NCBI GenBank assembly: GCA_964544945.1
Contig: CAZJEJ010000001.1
Span: 21,820-59,800 of the forward strand
Direction: 5' to 3'
Source: an uncultured Gammaproteobacteria bacterium
Lineage (GTDB): Bacteria > Pseudomonadota > Gammaproteobacteria > GCA-001735895
Length of the DNA: 37,981 nucleotides
The position numbers and the translations under genes are program-made. This document shows positions 29,079-37,479 of the stretch, one piece after another; positions within the stretch are counted from its first letter, which is position 1; each line of letters starts with the position of its first letter. The notes beneath the pieces were generated by a model, which was not told where the DNA came from, did no database searches, and saw only the letters and a list, made by a program, of their open reading frames with translations.

Positions 29079-29287
29079 CGCGAAGCGCTAATACTAATAT
29101 TCTAAGCGAGGGAAGCGGGACAAGGAAAATAGTACTAATAACACGCCCTTTTTAACTATCAATTCGAGAAAAACTGGAAAAATTAAGTAAATGTACTATA
29201 TACAGACTTAAGTGTTAAAGATTGAGCACCCAAGCCTGATCTCTTTCACGATGTCCTCCTTTGGTTGTATTTACGTCAATATGACTT

Positions 29288-30013
29288 TCATGGCTGGTTG
29301 CCCCTTCGACCGGCCATTTTTTTTGCCTGATCTCTTACCATGTGCAAAAACAGCGCCGATGATATCCCGGCCGAGCTAAAAATCATGCTCATCACGATGA
29401 TCTGGTAACGCGCTGCGATTAGTGGATCGGTACCCGCCAGTATTTGTCCTGTCATCATGCCGGGTAGAGAGACCAGCCCAACCGCAAGCAGTGAATTGGT
29501 AATTGGGATCATGGACGCCTGAAACGCGATGTTGCGAGCGCTATGATAGTCTATTTTATGTTCGAACTCGCTGAACAGGCGTTCCCCGGCAAGGCTCACC
29601 GCATTCATCGAGTTTGAAAAAATCATTCCCGCGATCGGTATCATTACCTCTGGCTGGTACCACGGATCGACATGCAATACGCCTTGCGAGATAAACACCA
29701 GATTAAGTCCACCACCACCGAGAATAGCGCCAGCGCTGTATAAAAGTAGAGGTTTCTTGTCCACTGGCAGGGCATTGAGTGAAATCCAGCTTGCCATACT
29801 TAACATGAAGATTAACACCAGCAGGATTATCCACTGGCTATTCGCATTAAAGATAAAGTTGAGTGCATAGCCAATCAGCAACAGTTGAATCAGCATGCGA
29901 AATACAGCGATCACTGCCGATTTTATGTTCTGCGCCCAGTAAAATATGATTACCAGGGTAATTAAAACCGGAACTAATCCTACCGCAAGGTCAACAAGGG
30001 TAATTTGGTACAT
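29288..30013 (-). CDS. fetB: UPF0014/FetB (YbbM)-type ABC-like permease
   Basis: IQLLLIGYALNFIF, MIPIAGMIFSNSM and AVGLVSLPGMMTGQILAGTDPLIAARYQIIV are collinear with E. coli FetB as I recall it. Confidence 0.85.
   Translation of the reverse strand: MYQITLVDLAVGLVPVLITLVIIFYWAQNIKSAVIAVFRMLIQLLLIGYALNFIFNANSQWIILLVLIFMLSMASWISLNALPVDKKPLLLYSAGAILGGGGLNLVFISQGVLHVDPWYQPEVMIPIAGMIFSNSMNAVSLAGERLFSEFEHKIDYHSARNIAFQASMIPITNSLLAVGLVSLPGMMTGQILAGTDPLIAARYQIIVMSMIFSSAGISSALFLHMVRDQAKKMAGRRGNQP
29290..29324 (+). terminator. Rho-independent terminator for plus-strand transcripts, embedded in the last codons of the convergent fetB-like gene
   Basis: ATGGCTGGTTG-ccccTT-CGACCGGCCAT gives an 11-bp stem with two G-U pairs. 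Seven more T follow the closing stem T, making an unbroken run of eight T. No U-run follows it on the minus strand. Confidence 0.45.
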
Positions 30014-30072
30014 CAGCGATTGCTGTATCTAGAGCTCTTTATACATTTTCATGTTGAAAGAGTATTGCTCGA

Positions 30073-30264
30073 TCAATGATATTCTTCCCAGTATTTTTCT
30101 GGAGACTGGTGTGGGATTTCATGGGCTTCAGATGGTTTTTCCTCAAAACTGGTGATGTCGATGTTCATAATTGTCGCGCGCAGTTTCTTCGAGATACTGG
30201 TAAATCGTGTTGCGCCAGGTTTCAAATAGACGTGGCGACATCGATAGTGCTCGAAGTCATCCAT
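30073..30264 (-). CDS. Very doubtful small hypothetical ORF (63 aa)
   Basis: It is the only ORF in the 284-bp prmC-fetB spacer. There is no SD at either candidate ATG, and an equally long ORF lies on the opposite strand. Confidence 0.15.
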   Translation of the reverse strand: MDDFEHYRCRHVYLKPGATRFTSISKKLRATIMNIDITSFEEKPSEAHEIPHQSPEKYWEEYH

Positions 30265-30297
30265 AAATAAATAGACTACGCTGGTGAATAGATAAAT

Positions 30298-31158
30298 TCA
30301 ACCTGGGCCAGGATTCCTGTTTATCCGGCCCATGCTTAGCCGGGGCAAGCCACTTAAATCGGCTCGGCAAGTAATTTCGGAAAATCCCTGTTCGCGCATC
30401 ATCTGACCGACAGCGGCCTGCTGCTCGAATCCATGCTCAAGTAACAAATAACCACGGAATTTTAAATAGTCTGGTGCCGATGCAATGATTAACTGCAATG
30501 CTTCAAGCCCGGTCTTCCCAGGGGATAAAGCGGCGAGCGGTTCGGCCCGCAAGTCTCCCTGGTTCAAGCAGGGGTCAGTCGCTGCAATGTAGGGCGGATT
30601 CGACAGGATTATGTCGTATCGCCTGGTGTTATCGATGGCTGAAAACCAGTCTGACAGGATCCATTTGATAGCTACTCCATGTAAAGTCGCATTTTGCCGA
30701 GCCAGTTCGAGACAATCTGCGCTAATATCGGTTGCCACGATATTAATATCAGGCCGATTAAGCTTCAGGGAAATAGCGATGGCGCCGGTGCCGGTGCCGA
30801 GTTCCAGCATATCAATCGCGGAGTGCTTTGGATAAAGATCGAGAGTTGCCTCGACCAGCATTTCTGTTTCTGGTCTCGGTACCAAAGCAACGGCAGTTGT
30901 TCTGAAATTTAGCGAGAAAAATTCGCGTTGCCCCAGTAGATAGGCAATAGGTGTCGGCTCAACTCGTTTATCAACCAATTCCTGATAGTGTCGCCAGGCA
31001 TCGTCTGGTATAGCCTGTCCAGGCCAGCTATACAAAAAACTGCGCGGTTTATCGATGCAGTATGCGAGCAGGACCTCGGCATCGAGTTTTGCGGTATCGC
31101 TGCATTTCGCGCAGCGAGCAGCTCCCCAGGCGATAGCCGCATCTATTTGTTCACTCAT
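30298..31158 (-). CDS. prmC: Release factor glutamine N5-methyltransferase
   Basis: SAM motif LELGTGTGAI and catalytic NPPY. Sits downstream of prfA. Confidence 0.92.
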   Translation of the reverse strand: MSEQIDAAIAWGAARCAKCSDTAKLDAEVLLAYCIDKPRSFLYSWPGQAIPDDAWRHYQELVDKRVEPTPIAYLLGQREFFSLNFRTTAVALVPRPETEMLVEATLDLYPKHSAIDMLELGTGTGAIAISLKLNRPDINIVATDISADCLELARQNATLHGVAIKWILSDWFSAIDNTRRYDIILSNPPYIAATDPCLNQGDLRAEPLAALSPGKTGLEALQLIIASAPDYLKFRGYLLLEHGFEQQAAVGQMMREQGFSEITCRADLSGLPRLSMGRINRNPGPG

Positions 31159-31202
31159 TCGCGATTAACTGTTCCATTGTTGACGGCATTTATTCGGAGG
31201 AC

Positions 31203-32300
31203 TTATAACCCCTGATCCTCATCTGACAGCTTAGCCAGCTGTTCTGCCTGGAATTCGTGCATCAGCGGATCGACCACGTGATTGAGCGCGCCGCCGAGTA
31301 TTTCATCGAGCTTATACAGGGTTAGGTTAATCCGATGGTCGGTCAGGCGACCCTGAGGATAGTTATAGGTTCGAATGCGTTCCGATCTATCTCCACCACC
31401 GACCAGGGATTTTCTTTCCGCCGCCTGTTCCCTGTCCTGCGCCTGTTTTTCAGCGTCGTATATTCTGGCTTGAAGCAGGGACATGGCGCGCGCCCTGTTT
31501 TTATGCTGAGAGCGTTCATCCTGGCATTCGACAACAGTACCGGTGGGCAAGTGCGTGAGCCTGATTGCCGAATCTGTTTTGTTTACGTGTTGGCCCCCGG
31601 CCCCCGAGGCGCGAAAAGTGTCGATTCGTAAATCAGTCGGGTTGATTTCAATCATCTGGACCTCTTCTCCTTCGGGGATGATTGCTACCGTCGCGGCAGA
31701 AGTGTGTACTCGACCCTGCGACTCGGTTTCTGGTACGCGTTGTACGCGATGAGCACCCGATTCGAATTTTAACTGCGAGTAAACTCCCTGGCCAATAATG
31801 CGCGCGATAATTTCCTTGTAACCGCCGTGTTCCCCTTCGTGGCTATTGAGAACCTCGAGTTGCCATTTGCGCGATTCTGCGTAACGGCTGTACATCCTGA
31901 ATAAATCGCCGGCGAACAGCGCCGCTTCGTCGCCACCGGTGCCCGCGCGTATTTCGAGGAATACGTTCGCGTTGTCGTTTGCATCCCTGGGCAGTAGCAG
32001 TTTCTGTAACCCAGTTTCGAGATCCACTATTCTCCGGGTATTTTCGATAATATCTTCTTCGGCCAGTTCACGCATCTCAGCGTCCTCTTCAGCCAGCATT
32101 TCGTGCGCAGACTCGAGTGCCTGTTGTGCCTTCTTATATTCGTTAAAACTGGTTACGACATCTTCGAGTTGTGCATATTCTATCGACAGGCTGCGAAACT
32201 TGTCCTGGTTGTTAATGGTTTCTATATCGGCGAGTAAAGCGGCTATTTCTTCGTGCCGGGCGCGTAGCAATTCCAGTTTGTTTAGCAGGGATTCTTTCAT
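31203..32300 (-). CDS. prfA: Peptide chain release factor 1
   Basis: [11 protein letters not shown] (GGQ) and the PxT codon-recognition tripeptide ([10 protein letters not shown]). 365 aa. Confidence 0.97.
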   Translation of the reverse strand: MKESLLNKLELLRARHEEIAALLADIETINNQDKFRSLSIEYAQLEDVVTSFNEYKKAQQALESAHEMLAEEDAEMRELAEEDIIENTRRIVDLETGLQKLLLPRDANDNANVFLEIRAGTGGDEAALFAGDLFRMYSRYAESRKWQLEVLNSHEGEHGGYKEIIARIIGQGVYSQLKFESGAHRVQRVPETESQGRVHTSAATVAIIPEGEEVQMIEINPTDLRIDTFRASGAGGQHVNKTDSAIRLTHLPTGTVVECQDERSQHKNRARAMSLLQARIYDAEKQAQDREQAAERKSLVGGGDRSERIRTYNYPQGRLTDHRINLTLYKLDEILGGALNHVVDPLMHEFQAEQLAKLSDEDQGL

Positions 32301-32323
32301 GGGGCTGAGAGCGACGTGCTAGT

Positions 32324-33577
32324 CTATTTCTCGGAGGGCATCAGCGATTTTAATAATCGAATGGCATCCTGGTCGTCGGTCTTCAGGGCCTTGCGCATTT
32401 GCATGGTTGGGCCATGCAACATTTTATTGGTCAGGATATTCGCCAGGGTATTTAACGCTTTCTCGGCATTTTGATCTTGATCGAACTGTGCCATCGCGCG
32501 TTCTACGCATTGCCGTTTTATCGATTCCGCATTTTGGCGTAACTGCCGAATTTCATCGGCGGACTGGTGAGTTTTGAGCCATTGGGCGAAAACCTTAACC
32601 TCGAGGCTAATAATCTCCTGTGCCGCTTCGGCCGCCTGTTCACGGGAACGCAAATTTTCGTCGATAACGCTTTTCAAGTCGTCGACGGTATAAAGATAAA
32701 TATCCTCTAAATCCCCAACCTGGCTTTCGACATCCCTCGGAACCGCCAGGTCGACCATAAAAATAGGACGATGTTTGCGTATTTTTAATGCCGCTTCGGT
32801 GGCGCCTTTACCGAGGATTGGTAATTGACTCGCGGTGGATGAAATGACGATATCGGCGTCTACCAGTTGTCCTGGTACCTCGCTGATGTGTACCGCTTCG
32901 GCATCTACCTCCTCGGCCAGTTTCTGTGCATTTTCCAGGCTTCGGTTGGCAATCACGATTGTGCCAATTCCCTGCTTGCGTAAGTGGCGAGCAACCAGCT
33001 CGATGGTTTCACCAGCACCGATCAGTAATGCCTGCAACTGCTCAAGGTTACCAAATATTTGTTTTGCAAGAGTAACCGCAGCGAAAGCGACCGAAATTGG
33101 ATTCGCCCCGATTTCAGTATCGGTACGGACGCGTTTTGCTACACTAAACGTATGCTGAAACAGCCGATCCAGGATTGAATTCACGCTCTTACCCCGGCGC
33201 GCCTGATCGAACGAGGTTTTAAGCTGGCCGAGGATCTGTGGTTCGCCAAGCACCATCGAATCGAGACCTGAAGCAACCCGAAATAGATGCCGCACTGCCT
33301 CCTGGTCGAAATGCTGATACATATAAGTCGACAATGCTTCTTCGTTCATGTTGTGATAACTGGATAGCCAACGGGATATAGACTCGACCGAATCGCGGGA
33401 GGTATCGCAATAGATTTCGGTGCGATTACAGGTCGACAGGATGACCGACTCGTTGACCGCTGGTATACGTTGCAGTTCGTGCAGCGCACTAGACAGTTGG
33501 TCTGGCGAAAACGCTACCTTCTCTCGAATATCGACGGGGGCGGTCTGGTGGTTTATGCCAAGCGACAGTAAGGCCAT
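32324..33577 (-). CDS. hemA: Glutamyl-tRNA reductase
   Basis: MALLSLGINHQTAPVDIREKVAF, active-site region STCNRTEIY, and NADPH fold LIGAGETIE. Confidence 0.95.
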   Translation of the reverse strand: MALLSLGINHQTAPVDIREKVAFSPDQLSSALHELQRIPAVNESVILSTCNRTEIYCDTSRDSVESISRWLSSYHNMNEEALSTYMYQHFDQEAVRHLFRVASGLDSMVLGEPQILGQLKTSFDQARRGKSVNSILDRLFQHTFSVAKRVRTDTEIGANPISVAFAAVTLAKQIFGNLEQLQALLIGAGETIELVARHLRKQGIGTIVIANRSLENAQKLAEEVDAEAVHISEVPGQLVDADIVISSTASQLPILGKGATEAALKIRKHRPIFMVDLAVPRDVESQVGDLEDIYLYTVDDLKSVIDENLRSREQAAEAAQEIISLEVKVFAQWLKTHQSADEIRQLRQNAESIKRQCVERAMAQFDQDQNAEKALNTLANILTNKMLHGPTMQMRKALKTDDQDAIRLLKSLMPSEK

Positions 33578-33820
33578 GATTTATAAGAAACTTGCGTTAT
33601 GCGACGTAGTGGAGTCACGGAATCAGGATCAAGGTTTGTGAAAGGATGGAACGATTATAGCGATAATGGATCGAATAGCTGTAATTATTAACATGGGATA
33701 GCTTACGGTTGCTAGCGAATTGACCATACAGGCTGATTTTTCGGGTCTGCAATCTTTTAGCTTTAAGAGTGGAATGTTACACTCAAAGAATCACAGATAA
33801 CCAGAGCAATCTTGTTGGGC

Positions 33821-35563
33821 ATGCTATCAAAATCACTAAGCCAATTCAGGCTATACACAATAATATTACTGCTAATCTTGTTGACGGGATGTGCTGGTTT
33901 TCAACTTCCCCTGAATCCGGGGGAATCTGCGTTAGGGTCGTCGCAGACTCGCGTCAAACCACTGGTTTCACAGGAGAATCCGGTTGGTGATGCCGCCTAC
34001 CACCTGCTCGTGGCGGAAATTGCGATCTTTCGCGGTCAGACTGATTTGGCGGTTGAACATTATCTAGAGCTTGCGAGAATACAGGACAATCCAGCAATTG
34101 CCGCACGTGCTGTGCAGGTTGCGGTCTTTGGCCAGAACCTTGAAGCAGCTAGCGAAGCGGCGCAACGTTGGATTGAACTTGAGCCAGACCAGCTCGAAGC
34201 ACTCCAGATTATCGCGACCATATATATTCGTCAGCATAATATTGACGAGGCATTTGAATATCTTGATGATCTGATCGAAATTAGTGATATTGAGGACAGG
34301 GATTTATTTCCCTCATTACTCGGTGTCCTGGCGCGCGAAAAAAATATTAAAACCGTTCTTGCAGTAACCTACAAAATCGCGAAAAAATATCCAGACCGAG
34401 CTTATATCCAGTATTTACACGGAATATTGGCCGCACAGGGGGGGCAGCCGGAGGTTGCACTGGAGTATCTGGACAGGGCATTGGCCAGTGAGGAAATAGA
34501 TGAGGCATACAGCGGCAGGGCAAAAATATTGCTTCAGCTGGGCAGGCGTGAAGAAGCGGTACTCAGCCTGCAAAAAGCAGTTCTTAATCGGCCGAACGAC
34601 CAGAAATTACGCCTCACCTATGCACGTTTGCTGGTGGACGTAAAGCAGTACGAAAGCGCAAGGGTGGAGTTTGAAAAGTTGCGCCAGGCTTCGCCAGACG
34701 ATGCCGAACTGCTCTACACGCTGGGTCTGTTGTCACTAGAGTCCGGTCAACTCGATGAGGCTGAAAAATATATGATGCAGCTAATCGAGATGGAGCAACG
34801 ACCCGGTGAGGCGCAATATTATCTCGGCCGAATCTACGAGAGTCGAAATCGGCACGATGATGCAATCAACTGGTACAGGCAGGTGCATATTGGCGAATAT
34901 CGCTTTGATGCCCAATTGCGCATTGCTTATTTACTCGGCAAATCGGGACATTTTCAGCAAGCACGTGATCACCTCAAATCGATGCTCAAGGGTAGTCAGT
35001 CGGATGGCTCGCTGGTGCGAATTTATCTGGCCGAGGGAGATTTATTAAGATCAGAAAAACGATACGCAGAAGCAATGGAAGTGTACGACACGGCACTGAA
35101 TATAATACCCGGAAATAGCGATCTTCTATACGCGCGCGCGCTGACTGCCGAAAGGGTGGGTCGCATCGATATTCTCGAACAGGATATAAAGACTATCCTG
35201 AAGACCGAACCAGATAATGGACACGCGCTCAATGCGCTCGGTTTTACGCTCGCCGATCAGACCGATCGGTTTGAGGAAGCCTATGGCTATCTCAAACGGG
35301 CGATAGAAATACTGCCAGAAGACGCCGCCGTGATGGATAGTTTAGGCTGGGTTAACTATCGTCTAGGGAAGTTTGACGAGGCCATTCGGCTACTGAGCAA
35401 AGCCCTGGCGCAATACGAGGATACTGAAATTGCGGCCCACCTGGGCGAAGTCCTGTGGGTAAGTGGCGCAGAGGAAGAAGCGAAAAAAGTATGGAATAAG
35501 GCACTGCAAAAGGTCCCTGATGATCCGTACCTGGAAAAGGTAATGCGTCGTCTTATCCCCTGA
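33821..35563 (+). CDS. TPR-repeat lipoprotein
   Basis: Lipobox LLTGC after a hydrophobic leader, and many 34-aa TPR-like repeats. It sits upstream of lolB, the same arrangement I recall in Pseudomonas. ATG at 33821, with an alternative TTG at 33812. Confidence 0.85.
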   Translation: MLSKSLSQFRLYTIILLLILLTGCAGFQLPLNPGESALGSSQTRVKPLVSQENPVGDAAYHLLVAEIAIFRGQTDLAVEHYLELARIQDNPAIAARAVQVAVFGQNLEAASEAAQRWIELEPDQLEALQIIATIYIRQHNIDEAFEYLDDLIEISDIEDRDLFPSLLGVLAREKNIKTVLAVTYKIAKKYPDRAYIQYLHGILAAQGGQPEVALEYLDRALASEEIDEAYSGRAKILLQLGRREEAVLSLQKAVLNRPNDQKLRLTYARLLVDVKQYESARVEFEKLRQASPDDAELLYTLGLLSLESGQLDEAEKYMMQLIEMEQRPGEAQYYLGRIYESRNRHDDAINWYRQVHIGEYRFDAQLRIAYLLGKSGHFQQARDHLKSMLKGSQSDGSLVRIYLAEGDLLRSEKRYAEAMEVYDTALNIIPGNSDLLYARALTAERVGRIDILEQDIKTILKTEPDNGHALNALGFTLADQTDRFEEAYGYLKRAIEILPEDAAVMDSLGWVNYRLGKFDEAIRLLSKALAQYEDTEIAAHLGEVLWVSGAEEEAKKVWNKALQKVPDDPYLEKVMRRLIP

Positions 35564-35619
35564 CCAACCGGCTATTCAGAAAACTGGCATTTCCCCTGTT
35601 GCGCCACTACTATGCGCCG

Positions 35620-36306
35620 ATGCCTGCAAACTATCGCCGTGCCAAAAAATTCTTTGTACTGATACTTCTTGTCCCGGTATTGTTGCTCGGCGCCTGCAGT
35701 CGCTTATCCGATATTCCTGTTACTAATGAAAGTTATCAGGTCTGGGCGAGGCGACAACAGGCGTTGGAAAAAATTGATGCCTGGGAGATTAATGCCAGGA
35801 CGGCGATTTTTGTAAAGGATGAGGTAAACCAGATAGGAATCAGCTGGGTGCGTGACCGCGATCGTTTTGTAGTCATGATTCAGGCGCCATTTGGACAAGG
35901 TGTGTTTCGTGTCGAATCAAATGCCACGACAGATCAAAGCGCCGCGATCAAGCTCTCGATGCCCGACGGACAACTCTACTACGGCCAGACTGCAGAATCT
36001 CTGTTGTCGCGATTGTTTGGCTGGTCGATGCCTCTCAGTAGCTTGAAATCATGGATAAAAGGATTGCCACAACAAGCCGAAACCTATACTTATGATTTAT
36101 ATGCCGATGGGCGCCTGAAATCACTTCAGCAGGATGGCTGGTCGATTAATTATCTGGATTACTTTACAGAAGAGGGCGCCGAGCAAGGGCTACCGAAGAA
36201 GATGTATCTGAAACATAAGGATCTGGCGCTTAAAATAGTTATCGATCGCTGGTATCCGCTTCAGTCACGGGCGGATATGCCCGTGGAATTTCCCGATTTC
36301 GACTAA
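35620..36306 (+). CDS. lolB: Outer-membrane lipoprotein insertase LolB
   Basis: Signal peptide plus lipobox LLGAC, an approximately 200-aa mature domain, and position immediately upstream of ispE. The start is ATG 35620 or TTG 35599. Confidence 0.8.
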   Translation: MPANYRRAKKFFVLILLVPVLLLGACSRLSDIPVTNESYQVWARRQQALEKIDAWEINARTAIFVKDEVNQIGISWVRDRDRFVVMIQAPFGQGVFRVESNATTDQSAAIKLSMPDGQLYYGQTAESLLSRLFGWSMPLSSLKSWIKGLPQQAETYTYDLYADGRLKSLQQDGWSINYLDYFTEEGAEQGLPKKMYLKHKDLALKIVIDRWYPLQSRADMPVEFPDFD

Positions 36307-36315
36307 GCGTACAGC

Positions 36316-37158
36316 ATGAATCGTCTAACCCTGGATTCACCTGCCAAGCTAAATTTGATGCTTCACATTACCGGGCGTCGGGACGATGGCTATCACTTGT
36401 TGCAAACAGTATTTCAATTTATCGATTTGAGCGACCGAATGGTCATAGGTGTGACCGAGAATGGCATGATCGGTCGGACTGAAGGCAACTCCCAGGTCTC
36501 CGAAAGCGAAGATATTACATTGCTTGCCGCAAAGAAGCTCCAGCGACGAACCCGTGTAACACAGGGAGCGGAAATATCGATCGATAAACGAATACCTATT
36601 GGAGGGGGTCTCGGAGGCGGCAGCTCCAATGCAGCCACAACATTACTCGCCTTGAACAGGCTCTGGGGCTTGAATCTCTCGATATCTGATCTGGCTGAAA
36701 TCGGACTCGAACTCGGTGCCGACGTGCCTTTTTTCGTGGCCGGATATTCGGCCTGGGCCACCGGAATTGGCGAACAGTTAACCGCTATTGACTTGCCCGA
36801 ACCCTGGTACCTGATTATAGATCCAGGAGTGATGGTTCCGACTGCGGAAATATTTGCTGCACAGGAATTGACACGGAATTGCGATGCAATCACAATACGC
36901 GCCTTTCTGGAAGGGTCGGGTACAAACGTATGCCAGGCTGTCGCTTGCGAACGCTATACTGAAATTCAGCAGGCTATCGACTGGATGGGTCGTCACTCGG
37001 TGGCCAGAATGACCGGAACTGGAGCCTGTGTATTCGCGCCTTTCGATAGCCTCGAACAGGTGGAGAGTGTAAAATCGCTGGTGCCAGCGCACTGGAATTC
37101 CTTCGTTGCGAAGGCAAAGAATATAAATCCGGTGCATCAGCAACTAGGATTGCTGTAA
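36316..37158 (+). CDS. ispE: 4-diphosphocytidyl-2-C-methyl-D-erythritol kinase
   Basis: N-terminal PAKLNLMLHITGRRDDGYH and GHMP kinase motif IPIGGGLGGGSSNAA. Confidence 0.94.
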   Translation: MNRLTLDSPAKLNLMLHITGRRDDGYHLLQTVFQFIDLSDRMVIGVTENGMIGRTEGNSQVSESEDITLLAAKKLQRRTRVTQGAEISIDKRIPIGGGLGGGSSNAATTLLALNRLWGLNLSISDLAEIGLELGADVPFFVAGYSAWATGIGEQLTAIDLPEPWYLIIDPGVMVPTAEIFAAQELTRNCDAITIRAFLEGSGTNVCQAVACERYTEIQQAIDWMGRHSVARMTGTGACVFAPFDSLEQVESVKSLVPAHWNSFVAKAKNINPVHQQLGLL

Positions 37159-37217
37159 CAGAATTTAGATACAAAGGGTCGTCGCCAGAAAGCAGGGCGA
37201 AGAGGACCAGAAATTAA

Positions 37218-37292
37218 TGGGCCGTCGCCAAGCGGTAAGGCACCAGGTTTTGATCCTGGCATGCGTTGGTTCGAATCCAGCCGGCCCAGCCA
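37218..37292 (+). tRNA. tRNA-Gln, anticodon UUG, with encoded CCA
   Basis: Folded by hand. Acceptor stem is UGGGCCG/CGGCCCA with a U1-A72 pair. D stem is GCC/GGC with loop AAGCGGUAA. Anticodon stem is CCAGG/CCUGG with loop UUUUGAU. T stem is GUUGG/CCAGC with loop UUCGAAU. Discriminator G, then CCA. Confidence 0.95.
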
Positions 37293-37432
37293 TATATAAA
37301 GAACGCTAGCCAGGGAACGAAAAAATATTTCGGTACAGGGCTGGATGAGAACCAAACGGTTCGACAAAATCATCTGGAATGATTTTGAACGCGTAAGCGG
37401 CCCGCAGGGCAAAATACAGGGAAGTATTTTGT

Positions 37433-37451
37433 AATCCAGCCGGCCCAGCCA
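37433..37451 (+). repeat. Exact 19-bp copy of the tRNA-Gln 3' end (AATCCAGCCGGCCCAGCCA); the first copy is at 37274-37292
   Basis: Direct comparison of the two stretches. The copies are separated by 140 bp of non-coding sequence. Confidence 0.9.
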
Positions 37452-37479
37452 AATTTAGAGACTAAGAGAGAAATAGTGG

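Noticed and set aside
30014-30297. Possible metal riboswitch (for example the yybP-ykoY Mn type) in the fetB leader.
   Set aside because: Reading the minus strand of this region, I could not find the conserved GGAGAGUAG / GGGGAGUAG-type elements or a four-way junction layout.
31203-32300. Checked the release factor gene for a programmed +1 frameshift and noted the PET tripeptide instead of PAT.
   Set aside because: The programmed frameshift belongs to prfB, not prfA, and this ORF is continuous. As far as I recall, PET is a common natural RF1 variant (for example in Bacillus and Pseudomonas).
37137-37412. 91-aa minus-strand ORF covering the tRNA-Gln gene.
   Set aside because: It overlaps a hand-folded canonical tRNA on the opposite strand, so it is spurious.
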